64,000 bases of DNA from Barthelona sp. PCE (taxonomy: Eukaryota). The position numbers and the translations under genes were made by a program. Location of the stretch: positions 558,001 through 622,000 of the forward strand of contig JAUFOR010000004.1 in assembly GCA_040285745.1 (NCBI GenBank). Direction: 5' to 3'. The stretch's first letter is position 1, and every line of letters begins with the position of its first letter. The notes below the pieces were generated by a model. The model made no database searches and had not been told where the DNA came from. It saw nothing but the letters and a program-made list of their open reading frames with translations. Below are positions 43,943 through 54,576 of this stretch, in pieces.

Positions 43943-45100
43943 ATGAACGCGCTTAGAAACATCGAAGCCAAGCGAGTATTCCAGGTTCTTAACAGTGCAA
44001 TTGCCAGCCTGGACGTTTTACTAAAGATATCTTCGCAAGCTGTTGTAGAATCACATGATTTCGCGTTGAATCACCCGGACGTGCACGTAAACATCGTGGC
44101 TATTCAGCGTTTGAGCGATCAATACGATCATTTGGAGAGTTTGTCAAACCACCGTTCAAATACACGTGATATGCGTGAGAAGTCAAAGGAACTCCGCAAT
44201 CTCGTCAAGAACGTGTGCAGGAAACTCACGGTTGACACACAGACCTTTGAAAGGATTTTTGAACTTGATCAGGAAGACGATTTAGGAACACATGCAGGTC
44301 TTGTACAATTCAAGCAGACCATTGCAGACCTCAAGGAGCTACTTTTGCTTCGTATTTCAAAGACTAATTCGGTTGGCGTTGAGAATTCAGAGGAAATCAT
44401 TCAAGATATTTTGTTACAGGAGAGTAAGATCACAGAAGAGATCAAGCAGCTTAAGTTGCGGCTCAACAACCTGAGAGAGACGAATAATGTTAAGAAGAAG
44501 AAGAAGAATTACATCCTGAACAATCTGACTAACGAAATCAATACAATTCAACGACAGTTTGAGAAGCAGATGAACAACATCAAGGAGCACAACAACTTTG
44601 AGAAACAGAATCATTACAACAACTTTGAGGAGAAATCTTTTTTGATCGAGGAGCAGTTAACTCAGTTGAAGGTTGGGCTGAAGGATTTGAAGGAGCTTAA
44701 CCGCACAAAGGAACACGAGCTCGTGAGCCTCAAGAACTCTAAGCAGGCAAAGGTTCAGACGCGTATAGATTCGTACGACAATGATATGTTCGAGAAGCGT
44801 TTGATTTATGATAATTTATTGAAGGAGAAAGAGGAGATCGATGCGGAAACTGAGCGTCTCCAGGCATACTTCAAGGAGATTGACGAGGAAAGAGAGAAGG
44901 AGCGAAAGCGAATCGAAGAAGAACTGGAGAGAGAACGTGAAGAACGTCGCATTAAGCGTATTGTAACAATCCAGAGTCTATGGCGCGGAAGACAATGGCG
45001 CAAGGCCAACGCAAAGGTAATCACTAAGATGAAACAGAGGGCGACAAAGAGAGCTGATGAGATGAAGAGGAAGTCCAAATCACGTAATAGACGTCGCTAA
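43943..45100 (+). CDS. IQCD: Dynein regulatory complex IQ-motif protein DRC10/IQCD-like
   Basis: IEAKRVFQVL, LVKNVCRKL, YDNDM and IQ motif IQSLWRG. Confidence 0.8.
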   Translation: MNALRNIEAKRVFQVLNSAIASLDVLLKISSQAVVESHDFALNHPDVHVNIVAIQRLSDQYDHLESLSNHRSNTRDMREKSKELRNLVKNVCRKLTVDTQTFERIFELDQEDDLGTHAGLVQFKQTIADLKELLLLRISKTNSVGVENSEEIIQDILLQESKITEEIKQLKLRLNNLRETNNVKKKKKNYILNNLTNEINTIQRQFEKQMNNIKEHNNFEKQNHYNNFEEKSFLIEEQLTQLKVGLKDLKELNRTKEHELVSLKNSKQAKVQTRIDSYDNDMFEKRLIYDNLLKEKEEIDAETERLQAYFKEIDEEREKERKRIEEELEREREERRIKRIVTIQSLWRGRQWRKANAKVITKMKQRATKRADEMKRKSKSRNRRR

Positions 45101-45108
45101 TCATGTAT

Positions 45109-45666
45109 TTATTGTAAATTCTGCTGTTCCTCAAGCTTTTTCTGGAAGTTGGAGAAGGGAGACTTCGGAATGGAGTTGTTAAATAACAATGAAATGTGCT
45201 TCCTGAAACTCAGGTTGGTCAATGTGTAAAGGAACATGAATCCAGCTTGGTTGACACCGGAGCCGGCGATTCCACGGAAAGCAATCTTCTTGATTGGGCC
45301 TATGGGGTTGAATGGAAGAGAAGCAAGAGCAATTCCAGCGAATTTCTTGCGTAATACACGGAAACCAAAAAACATAGCTGCCATATTGACAATTGCGCTC
45401 TTGAACTTAGATTTCTGCATATTGTTCTGAAGAGAAGTAATTCGTGACTCAGCATCACTGATACTCTTCTCGTGCTTCTTCTTTGAAAGAATATCAACCT
45501 TACGCTTTTTCAGCTGTTTGTACTCGTTGATTGCCTTCACAAGACTTTCACGTGCAGACTTATATGAAGGAGAGCGATAAGCAAAATAGTAGCTTACAAG
45601 CTCAATGAGCAATCCAATTATCAGAGAGTAGATTACAACCAGTGGTGCTTGAAATGAAAATCCCAT
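45109..45666 (-). CDS. TMCO1: TMCO1 (Oxa1/EMC3 superfamily)
   Basis: ELVSY..YRSPSYK, KFKS, LPFNP, FRG, FMFLYTL...FR. Confidence 0.85.
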   Translation of the reverse strand: MGFSFQAPLVVIYSLIIGLLIELVSYYFAYRSPSYKSARESLVKAINEYKQLKKRKVDILSKKKHEKSISDAESRITSLQNNMQKSKFKSAIVNMAAMFFGFRVLRKKFAGIALASLPFNPIGPIKKIAFRGIAGSGVNQAGFMFLYTLTNLSFRKHISLLFNNSIPKSPFSNFQKKLEEQQNLQ

Positions 45667-45987
45667 TTGAATGTGTGATGAAGAGGGTGTGTATTTGGAA
45701 TACAATTTTTAGTTGTTCGAGTATTATTTCATCATAAGCGTACATTTTTACGCACGTATAAAGGTGTACGTGGGAGTAGCACGTTTATGGATCCATAAAA
45801 GCGTTAACAAAATTGATTGCTGAAAATTTTGCTTTTGTTGAAGGTGCAATATATTCTGAGCTTCAATGTGTAGTAAAATATACACGATGCACACATTGTC
45901 ATGCATTCAAAGTCTTTTTTGTAATGCAAAGACTAGTTTTCCATTTTATTATCTCTTTTTCTCCTTTTATTAGGGATTTTTTGCATA

Positions 45988-46509
45988 ATGAGCATTTTAA
46001 GAGCACGTGTACTCGTCGTAGGCAGCCAGGGATGCGGTAAGTCAGCGCTTGTACAGACATCGCATTCAGGAAAGTACCCACAGTCATATTCAATGACTTT
46101 ACCAGCTGATTACTGCGTAAAAAGCATCGACAAACTGGATATGGACACAACAGTTGAACTTCATTTGATTGATATATCAGGAGCTGATGTTATGTCTCCT
46201 TTAATTAAGCCATTAATGGCTGAAGGTGATTTGATTATCCTCTGTTTTGATGTAACTGATCGTAAATCGTACACAGAGGCGTTTGAATGGTTAGAGCGTA
46301 TACCCGATCATTTCAGCGGGGTATTAGTTGGATGTAAGAGTGATCTCCCCCATTTAATCAATCAAGAAGAGGTGCAGCACCTCAGCAACGAGACAGAGTT
46401 TCCATTTTTCCCTACATCATCTCTAAACGGAGATGTAGAAGGACCGTTTACACATTTAGCCAATTTTTGGATTCAAAAGTTTAATACCAGAGCAGAGCAA
46501 TTGCATTAA
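45988..46509 (+). CDS. IFT27: Rab-like small GTPase IFT27/RABL4
   Basis: GSQGCGKSALVQ, YSMT..D..VK, VELHL.D.SG, GVLVGCKSDL; no C-terminal prenylation motif. Confidence 0.8.
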   Translation: MSILRARVLVVGSQGCGKSALVQTSHSGKYPQSYSMTLPADYCVKSIDKLDMDTTVELHLIDISGADVMSPLIKPLMAEGDLIILCFDVTDRKSYTEAFEWLERIPDHFSGVLVGCKSDLPHLINQEEVQHLSNETEFPFFPTSSLNGDVEGPFTHLANFWIQKFNTRAEQLH

Positions 46510-46519
46510 TCACATTTCT

Positions 46520-47101
46520 TTATTCATTCAAGTCAATAATCTGTATACCATCCTTAGTAATGATTTTGCAAATAAAATTAGGTGCATTTACCAAGAATCT
46601 AGTCTCTAATACTTGAATACACTCTCTTACAATTGTTAAACCTTCATCTAACGTCAAGTTCTCGTGACATCTGCGGTCCAAGACACTAGAACAAAACTTT
46701 GATGCGTAACCGTGAGCAGCTTTTTCCAATTTCACAAGTGTTCCAAGATAATCTATCCAGTAAAGTGAGGGCTTTTCTTTGTCGATACCTGCAATGAGGC
46801 AATTTACGCTCTTGGGGTCCTTGCGTAGCGACCTGGCGATCTCTGAACGAATGAAATTGCTTGTTTCATGAGTTGACAATTCAAGACTATTGCGGAAGGT
46901 TGTTAGGTTAATGTTTGCCTTGATATACTCCAGAAACTGTGCGCCGTCACCACTGCCGTCATCTGTGAGTGCAATAATGTTACCATGGACTTCGTGAAGT
47001 TTGTCTTGATCGTTTACGAGCATCATAATACCACGAGCACGTCCGGTTGACCCCAAACATAGCACGAAATCGGTGCCTGTAAATGCAATTAAAGATTCCA
47101 T
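46520..47101 (-). CDS. PSMB2: 20S proteasome subunit beta-4 (beta type-2)
   Basis: MESLI...DFV, GDGAQF.EYI..N, LYWIDYLGT, AHGY, RFLVN. Confidence 0.93.
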   Translation of the reverse strand: MESLIAFTGTDFVLCLGSTGRARGIMMLVNDQDKLHEVHGNIIALTDDGSGDGAQFLEYIKANINLTTFRNSLELSTHETSNFIRSEIARSLRKDPKSVNCLIAGIDKEKPSLYWIDYLGTLVKLEKAAHGYASKFCSSVLDRRCHENLTLDEGLTIVRECIQVLETRFLVNAPNFICKIITKDGIQIIDLNE

Positions 47102-47387
47102 TGAGTTGAAGGATAGAAAATTGAAACAAGATCTGTAGAAGCTGTTTTATATTTCTACAGCGACAGACATCAACAGGCTGTATATAGCCCGTCAAAACAG
47201 ATGATTTTATATTATTTCCTATTTATTTGCAGAGATTTCCTGTTTTATTCAGTTGGAGCATGTTGATGGGTAGTATCAAGGATTAATGTGGCTTTTGTCG
47301 TGTATATAGCACGATAACGAACTTCAAAGGATAGGAACATGCTTTTGCAATTATCATCATTTTTTACACATCAATAAGAGTTTAAGC

Positions 47388-47981
47388 ATGGGCCGTCACC
47401 GAAGAACGAGAAAATACGCACAAACACAGAAGTTTATCAATCCCAATGACCAGAGATTGAAGCCTCAAGACACAAACCAAAGACAGAAGTCAGTTACAAC
47501 AACAGTACAAGGTAAGAAGCTTAGGAGAGTTGAAGAAAACCTTTCACACTTCTTCTTTGATCACAATGAAGCACTGGTTCCACCATATCATGTATTGGTG
47601 GATACTAACTTTATCAATTTCAGTATTAGAAACCATCTGACCATTGATCAGGCGATGATTGATTGTTTGCATGCTAAAGCAATCCCATGCATCACTGATT
47701 GTGTTATTGCCGAGTTGGAAAAATTGGGCAGAAAGTACAGACAAGCTTTACGCATTGCTAAATCTGATATGTTTAAGCGTCTCAAATGCGACCACCGAGG
47801 AACATATGCAGATGATTGTATCTGTAATAGAGTGGATTTGACACCTGTTTACATCGTGGCTACTTGCGATCGTGATCTTCAAAGACGACTGAGGAAGATT
47901 AGGGGTGTGCCTATCATGTACATCAAGGGTCACAGATGTGCAGTGGAGCGTTTACCCGAGGCATATTCTGCAGTTCGTTAA
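47388..47981 (+). CDS. FCF1: rRNA-processing PIN nuclease FCF1/UTP24
   Basis: PPYHVLVDTNFINFSI, ITDCVIAELEKLG, HRGTYADDC, VATCDRDL. Confidence 0.97.
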   Translation: MGRHRRTRKYAQTQKFINPNDQRLKPQDTNQRQKSVTTTVQGKKLRRVEENLSHFFFDHNEALVPPYHVLVDTNFINFSIRNHLTIDQAMIDCLHAKAIPCITDCVIAELEKLGRKYRQALRIAKSDMFKRLKCDHRGTYADDCICNRVDLTPVYIVATCDRDLQRRLRKIRGVPIMYIKGHRCAVERLPEAYSAVR

Positions 47982-48005
47982 TTATTACAGTTTTTCAATT
48001 TTCGA

Positions 48006-48545
48006 TTAATTTATTGTTTTAGCAATGAAGGGGTACTCACGGACATCAGCAACTTTCCTTTTTTCAGTAAAACCATTCTCAGAGTCTACCATAGTCTGAA
48101 AATCAACGGGGGTCATGTATCTGCCTTCAAATGACTTTGCTACAACAACACCAAGCTCGGCAGAGTTTGTGCTTAGGCGGATGCCCCTTGTTTCAAGTTG
48201 TATTATGGAACACCGTACAATATCTCCAGGCTTAAACATTTGATACAGAGAGGCACGTCCAGTGTCGTGTGACCGACTAAAAGACTTAGGGATATACCCA
48301 TGGGATGTATGTGGTGCGAATGATTCTGTGATTGAAGGAGCAACTGCAATAACTTCACAGATTGCCTTCTCAAGCTCAATTTTATGCACACGAGCAAGTG
48401 CTATGTGTCCGAGCTCCGGATTAACTGTCCTTTCGCGTGTTTGTAACCTATTCTCACCATTACTGCTTGAAAAAAGTCCTGCCCTCTCAAATACCTCATT
48501 GTTCTCATTTAAATCACCAGGGAGAACGATTTTCGAGTCAAACAT
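48006..48545 (-). CDS. CSL4: Exosome subunit CSL4/EXOSC1
   Basis: VLPG, FKPGDIVR, LST...ELGVVVA, M.P, EKRKVA. Confidence 0.9.
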   Translation of the reverse strand: MFDSKIVLPGDLNENNEVFERAGLFSSSNGENRLQTRERTVNPELGHIALARVHKIELEKAICEVIAVAPSITESFAPHTSHGYIPKSFSRSHDTGRASLYQMFKPGDIVRCSIIQLETRGIRLSTNSAELGVVVAKSFEGRYMTPVDFQTMVDSENGFTEKRKVADVREYPFIAKTIN

Positions 48546-48601
48546 CTTGTTCTAAAACTACTTACAAGGATGAAGAAGATAGTAAAGTTGTTTACATTGT
48601 A

Positions 48602-49660
48602 CTAATCATAAAAATCAAACTTTTGCAACAGAGATTGAGCTTTCCGCTCGAATGCCCCATAGTCGCTGCAGTGGAATGAAAGAGATCCTGTTAATATACG
48701 TGATGGAATGCGTACTTTCTCCACAAATGTCAGGGGGTTGTCATACACAAGCAAAAGTGTCTGTAGAGCCATTATCTGTGGGATTGCGACGAATTTAAAG
48801 TACGATGAGTCTTCAATCAAACTCAGATAAACTAATACATGATCAAAATGTTGATGAACTGTGTTTCGCACCATTTCGTTCAGAATGAACACTCTTCCCG
48901 GATTATCGGCGAGATCTACCTCGTTATCGATGTGTAAAAGCTCAGAAAAGAGCTCACGTGGCCAAAACATTCTATCCTCTTGTATATCCTTGTAAACATC
49001 TCTTATAAGGTTTGTTTTTTGTAAAAATAGCCCACAGTGAACACTAAGATCGTTGGAAATATGTTTAGTTGGAGACATACACTTATGATAAATTTTGGTC
49101 AGATTTTCCCCTACAACTCCAGCTACATGATAGCAGTATTTGTCAAGGTCATCTTTCGTCTGTATATCCGCGTTGTTGAACGTCATCATACCATCAACCA
49201 TGACTTGCATACAGTCACAAATGATTGTTCGCAGTTCCTTCGATACAGTCTCTAAATAGTGCCTAAAAAGATCGGGCATGGCGTGGAACAGCTCTCTTTC
49301 ATGTGGGTTCTCAACAAATTCATTGATGATGGTAGTATTATCATGGATAAAAGCATTCATTTCCTCGATATCTTCTTTTCCGAAATACGTCACAAAATCA
49401 TACATGAGGTACATCGACTGTGCATGTACCGGGATCTCATCCTCGAAAGTATCAAGCATGCGGAGCATAACATAAAAGTATGCAATACTGATTTGTAATT
49501 CGCCCTCAAGTTGCATAATGACAAGATAGAACGAGCGAGATGTGTTTTTTAGATGTTTATATACATCTAATTCATTGGAAATATCATTTTGTGTTGATCT
49601 ACGGAAGCGGTAAGCTTGAAAAGCCTGTATAGGGTGCAAGAGCAAGTAAACAAAGCCCAT
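48602..49660 (-). CDS. FDFT1: Squalene synthase
   Basis: TSRSF, LRMLDTFED, YCYHVAGVVG, GLFLQKTNLIRD, FWPRE, FVAIPQIMA. Confidence 0.93.
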   Translation of the reverse strand: MGFVYLLLHPIQAFQAYRFRRSTQNDISNELDVYKHLKNTSRSFYLVIMQLEGELQISIAYFYVMLRMLDTFEDEIPVHAQSMYLMYDFVTYFGKEDIEEMNAFIHDNTTIINEFVENPHERELFHAMPDLFRHYLETVSKELRTIICDCMQVMVDGMMTFNNADIQTKDDLDKYCYHVAGVVGENLTKIYHKCMSPTKHISNDLSVHCGLFLQKTNLIRDVYKDIQEDRMFWPRELFSELLHIDNEVDLADNPGRVFILNEMVRNTVHQHFDHVLVYLSLIEDSSYFKFVAIPQIMALQTLLLVYDNPLTFVEKVRIPSRILTGSLSFHCSDYGAFERKAQSLLQKFDFYD

Positions 49661-50220
49661 TTGTATCTTAGATATAAAATTGAAAACAATGCCTTGCACA
49701 AAGAAGTAAAGATTCGTAAAACGTGTTTTTTGCTGTGTTATAGCTTAAGTTCAGGTAGAAACTGCTTCTAATTGAGCTACGGTGTATGTTTATTCACGCG
49801 AGTGCGCATATTTGGGAAATGCAAAATTAATGAGCTTTTTTTGGAATCTCTTATCTTGAATTTGTACAATAATGAGTGTACTATTTAAATTTATTACTGT
49901 TATATGCGCGTCACTATTTCAAATTTACAATAGCATTGGTTAATAGAAAAAATGAAAAGAAGCAGGGGTTCTTTAACAATGTTCCTATTTGTTCTGACTT
50001 GATATTTGCCTGTGAAATAAAATTTACAAACGTTTCTGACATTTTCTGACCTTCTTTTCGTATGGATATTCCAAGCTAGTAAATTGTGTAGTCGTTTGTA
50101 AACGCTATTTTCAAGAAATATTGAGGTACAAACTTATCACCAAATGTATTTGAGCGAATATTTCTATTGTATAATGATGCTGATGCTGTTTTAGATTTTT
50201 CTTCTTTTTTTGAAGGAACA

Positions 50221-53193
50221 ATGCCGTTTGATTATACGGTAAACAGCGTTAGGGAATCGATCATACGAGGCTATGAGGGCACCAATTTAAAGCAACAGAA
50301 TAAGAGCCTGAGATATTTGCATGATTTCGTCGATAAAGCTGACAGGCCGTTTGAGATCTTGCTCAAGCTCCTGAGCGACACAAAACAGGATGTCCGCGTT
50401 CACAGCGCCGTCCTACTCAAACAATGCTTATGGAATCGATCATTAGAACTTCGGATATCAACATTAGAGGAGCTTGTTGAGTCTCTCTTTTACCAAGTGA
50501 GGCTGAACTCCGACGGTAGCGACATTGAAGAGCAGCGTTATGCATGTCAACTATGCTACAGTCTATCATCTATATATTTGACTCGTTTGACAGAAGAAGA
50601 TAAAGAGCAGTTTCTATCAATGGTGTCAACGCTGATGGACGATCGCTTCTACAACGCAATCCTACAATTCTTTTATTGTCTGTTGAAAGATTTAAAGAAA
50701 GTAATTAGTGAAAAAGATCGGTTTGAAGAATTGCAATACCTGAATGAATATTTCGAGGATTTTGAGCAGATCCTTCAGCTGGTGAAACGGAGGATAAGGA
50801 TTTCACCTTATGCATGTGATGTTCTTACGGAACTCCTCAATAATAACATTATTAGTATTGAATCAATTTTCGCTGATGGACTGCACGAGGTTTTATTGGA
50901 TACAATGTTCGACGTGGGCCTGTCTAAGGGCATCTGTAGGTGCCTAAATCACATAATTCTCATGTTTCCAGAAGACGTAACAATTGAGAACAGTGATGAG
51001 GTCGTTGTTGAGTTTTTGCGTGCTTTTCTCATGAAAGGGGATATGTTTCGTGACGCTATCCAGGAAGGAACACTAATTCCAGCGTTGGTTAGTGTATTTT
51101 TCACGTTTTTTTCAAAGTTTATCAAGAGGCTCGTTATGATGTTTTTTGTCCGTGATGCAACAACAGAATCACAAGAGAACATTAACGAGAGCCTCATCAC
51201 ACCGGTTCTCGAGCCGCACCGCACCGTAACAGCGGAGATTCAAGAGATGGCAGAAGAAGTGGTGGTTGAGCTCTTAAACTGGCATTCTTTCCTTTTGGAG
51301 AACATTGACTCGTCAGAAGCGGAAGCATTGTTAGAGTTAATAGAATGTCAGAGGCAGCATCTACCCAAATCATACCAGATTGATCATTTTTCGCGATTGA
51401 TAGAGATTGTCCTTTCTTTTTATACAGATTGGTCACCGGAAGACGAAGCAGAGGAAAGTGTTGTCGATTATGCCCTTCAGGACTTCTTATTAAGCCTGGA
51501 AGATCAGTATTTTTTGCTACTTTTCAAACTACAGCTTAATATTGACCTTGATATGGATGCTATTCAATCTAATAACTTCTCAAGGCTGATGCTCGTCGAC
51601 CAGTTCCGCTACCTAGAGTTCGAAAACAAGGTAAGGTTCTTGTTAGGGTTTTTGAAGGTTTTCAAGGTCTTAAGTGTTGAACGTTTTTATCTAGAAAAAC
51701 GGTACCGTTCTTTTTTCAATCTACTGGAGATAATTCTCTGCGGGCAACTGAGCTTTGTTGGTGGTGTTGGTGCCAGTCAATTTGATACTATCAACGGTTT
51801 GGTTATGAATATCATTTCTTGTTATGCTCCAGTTTTCATCGAGCTAATCCCCGACACAGAGCTGTTCGACTTGCTCGAATCCATATTTGAACACATGATG
51901 GATACATCAGCAATTCAGAATAGCGCATTCATCGCGGCATGTGATTTTCTTTGCAGCGTAAGTTTATTGAGGCAGTTGCATGAGGTTGATGTGCTTGATA
52001 CGCTGTTCGGGCACTACGTGTCTAAGCGTGAATTCCACACCCCTCAGATCATTAAGCACATTGCACGATTGATCATGGCTCTGGATGTGTGCGTTGCCAA
52101 CAGGTGTATTGAGCTTCTTCTGAACACACTCCTTGAAGCAGAGGACGCAGATATGCTGAATGAAGAGCTGAACCTCATGGCTGTGTTCTTCAGGAACTTT
52201 AATTATGTTATCACATCATCGAATAACCGGAACCCTGCAATGGTCACCGATTGGTTCAAGCAGCTGGATGAAGAGTACCAAGGCGCTGTGCAGGACGTGG
52301 CACAAGCATACATTGACCGTGAAATTGCAAAATTCAAAATTTGTTTATGTCGATCATGGTTACTTGTACATCTAGATGATTTACAGTCTCTTTCACCAGC
52401 AATAGGCCCATACTCTGACTTTGTCAGTAGCTGTCTCATTGCAGGTGGTGGGGCATGGACAGACGAAGATTTGTCAGCCATATGGCAGTATAACCAAGAG
52501 TTATTATCGATGGAGCTTGAACCTGAAGTCATTGGCTTATTCGTCGCTTTTTCTAAACTGAACGCATCCTTGGGTATTGACGTTGTGTTAAGCTTGTTAG
52601 GAATGATTAGTGAGAATATATGGGCGATGAACAAGACATCGAGGGAAAAGATTGTGCTTTACAACAGTTATGTGGCAGAGCTCATTAATTTGATGGTTGT
52701 TATTGCAAAGAACATGTCCCATGATGACGAAATAGAAGAGTTTCACATATTTTTGAAAAAGTGCGATGAAGTTTTTCCGAATTTTTGGGTTTTCGTTTGT
52801 GAAGCCTTATTATGTTGGGAAAGTGAGATCAACTACCACGTGTTCAAGCTCGTTAACTGGATTCTGCATAAGAACTATACGTTTGAATCTGATGTGTTAA
52901 AAAATTTATGTTTGTACTTGATTCGTGCATTCATAGAAACACCATGGCATAATTTCGCACCTCTACACAGAAAACGAGTGGCGAAATGTGTCATGTTACT
53001 GCAGAAAAACTACGATGATCTTACCAATCATTTCTGGGAAGCTGTGTTTTTGAACCTGGATTCTATCGAATGTGTTTTTGATGATAAAAGTCAATTAATG
53101 GAGTTCATAGGTGAGTTTACTGATGCAAAGAGTATCAAAGAGATAGAAAAGAAGCTGCAAGATATGCGGTTGATGTTTTCACAACGAGAATAA
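50221..53193 (+). CDS. HEAT/ARM solenoid protein, divergent importin-beta-like
   Basis: ~990 aa, acidic and leucine-rich; N-terminal VRVHSAVLLKQ resembles the importin-beta N domain. Confidence 0.6.
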   Translation: MPFDYTVNSVRESIIRGYEGTNLKQQNKSLRYLHDFVDKADRPFEILLKLLSDTKQDVRVHSAVLLKQCLWNRSLELRISTLEELVESLFYQVRLNSDGSDIEEQRYACQLCYSLSSIYLTRLTEEDKEQFLSMVSTLMDDRFYNAILQFFYCLLKDLKKVISEKDRFEELQYLNEYFEDFEQILQLVKRRIRISPYACDVLTELLNNNIISIESIFADGLHEVLLDTMFDVGLSKGICRCLNHIILMFPEDVTIENSDEVVVEFLRAFLMKGDMFRDAIQEGTLIPALVSVFFTFFSKFIKRLVMMFFVRDATTESQENINESLITPVLEPHRTVTAEIQEMAEEVVVELLNWHSFLLENIDSSEAEALLELIECQRQHLPKSYQIDHFSRLIEIVLSFYTDWSPEDEAEESVVDYALQDFLLSLEDQYFLLLFKLQLNIDLDMDAIQSNNFSRLMLVDQFRYLEFENKVRFLLGFLKVFKVLSVERFYLEKRYRSFFNLLEIILCGQLSFVGGVGASQFDTINGLVMNIISCYAPVFIELIPDTELFDLLESIFEHMMDTSAIQNSAFIAACDFLCSVSLLRQLHEVDVLDTLFGHYVSKREFHTPQIIKHIARLIMALDVCVANRCIELLLNTLLEAEDADMLNEELNLMAVFFRNFNYVITSSNNRNPAMVTDWFKQLDEEYQGAVQDVAQAYIDREIAKFKICLCRSWLLVHLDDLQSLSPAIGPYSDFVSSCLIAGGGAWTDEDLSAIWQYNQELLSMELEPEVIGLFVAFSKLNASLGIDVVLSLLGMISENIWAMNKTSREKIVLYNSYVAELINLMVVIAKNMSHDDEIEEFHIFLKKCDEVFPNFWVFVCEALLCWESEINYHVFKLVNWILHKNYTFESDVLKNLCLYLIRAFIETPWHNFAPLHRKRVAKCVMLLQKNYDDLTNHFWEAVFLNLDSIECVFDDKSQLMEFIGEFTDAKSIKEIEKKLQDMRLMFSQRE

Positions 53194-53227
53194 ATAAGAA
53201 GAATGCAAAAAGAAGAAAAAGGAGAAA

Positions 53228-54496
53228 CTATTCAACAGGATACTCATGTGTTGACAACTCAGCGTAATCTGAAACCAAGAAGTTTGGATTATCGAAAAAT
53301 CCTAATTGAATATATACATCACCTCCTGAAATGTATGAACGGAGAATGCATGGATTCACTTCTTCTGCAAACACAATGGGGTTATAAGAGTGCGATGAGC
53401 TGTGGGGGATTCCATACAAGTTGTTTGTTGTTACACGATACGTACCACTGGGCATATTATCGAAGTAGTGTGAGTACGAACCTGAGTGAAGCAGGAAGTT
53501 GCTGGATGTCTTTGATGCATAGTGGAACGATGCTCTTGTGAAGGGCGATGCATCGATATAGTCACCAGTTGTTGAAGAATACGTTCTACTCTCACAAGCC
53601 GTTCTCGTCTCACAGATTTCGATAGCATCGCCGAAGAAATCAAACTTTACCCAACAGTGTCTGTAGTTCCAGCAGTACTTGTACTTCTTCTGGCTGTTCA
53701 TGTCCTCTAATACGGAAACACCACGGGTTACTGGATTAAGTCCAAACACTAGGATACGACGCCATTGCTCATAAGTCGCTGGAACGTACTCCCACGCAAG
53801 ACCACATGCAATATGCAGCTTTCCATCCCCACTGTTACGGTATGGAGCACAAGCTAAGGCTGCCTTCAAACCATAGTCCCAGCGCATGCCGGTGTCCTGC
53901 GCCACACGTGTGTTTGACTGAAATTGACCGTTCTCTGACTCAAAGTTATAGAAAACGTGGTGCATGATACGCCTTGTGTAAGAATCACAAGAGTAGTGGG
54001 AACTATAAGGACAATATGTCCAGCTCATTACTAAGACGACGTCGGACTGCGCGTTATTTTGCTTGAGGTTCTCACCGTTCAGTGGGGTGCGCAGGCCCAT
54101 GTCTACTAAACCACTGTGGACGAGGGTTACTTGCATGCTTGAAACACCACGATCATTCGATACAGATCGTTGCAGGGTATGCACCTGACTCCTTCGCATG
54201 CAGACGATTGGATAAGGTCGTCCTGACAGGAATCCTCTGTTGAACACCTCGTAGAACGCACGATACTTTACGTAGTTCGTGTTGTGCTTCCAAACCACAA
54301 ATATTGTTGGCAGGGTGGAATTTGTTGGATAAGCTGAGAAAATCCAGACGTCCTGAGCCCCTGAAAAGTCAGTGTCATCGATAGGAACATCATCATTGAT
54401 AAAATCATTGAATCTCCTTGCTGGTGTCCAGCTGTAGGCACTGGTGGCCGATATGGATGCTAGTAAAAGGCAGACGGCGAGCAAAAACCGATGCAT
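53228..54496 (-). CDS. Hypothetical secreted protein
   Basis: Signal peptide MHRFLLAVCLLLASISATSA; Tyr/Cys-rich body. Confidence 0.75.
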   Translation of the reverse strand: MHRFLLAVCLLLASISATSAYSWTPARRFNDFINDDVPIDDTDFSGAQDVWIFSAYPTNSTLPTIFVVWKHNTNYVKYRAFYEVFNRGFLSGRPYPIVCMRRSQVHTLQRSVSNDRGVSSMQVTLVHSGLVDMGLRTPLNGENLKQNNAQSDVVLVMSWTYCPYSSHYSCDSYTRRIMHHVFYNFESENGQFQSNTRVAQDTGMRWDYGLKAALACAPYRNSGDGKLHIACGLAWEYVPATYEQWRRILVFGLNPVTRGVSVLEDMNSQKKYKYCWNYRHCWVKFDFFGDAIEICETRTACESRTYSSTTGDYIDASPFTRASFHYASKTSSNFLLHSGSYSHYFDNMPSGTYRVTTNNLYGIPHSSSHSYNPIVFAEEVNPCILRSYISGGDVYIQLGFFDNPNFLVSDYAELSTHEYPVE

Positions 54497-54576
54497 TACA
54501 GGAAATGGTGAAAAAGAATAATACACCTCTTTTGTATATTTAAAGAACTGTGGGTGATGTTTTAAAGGGCACATTA

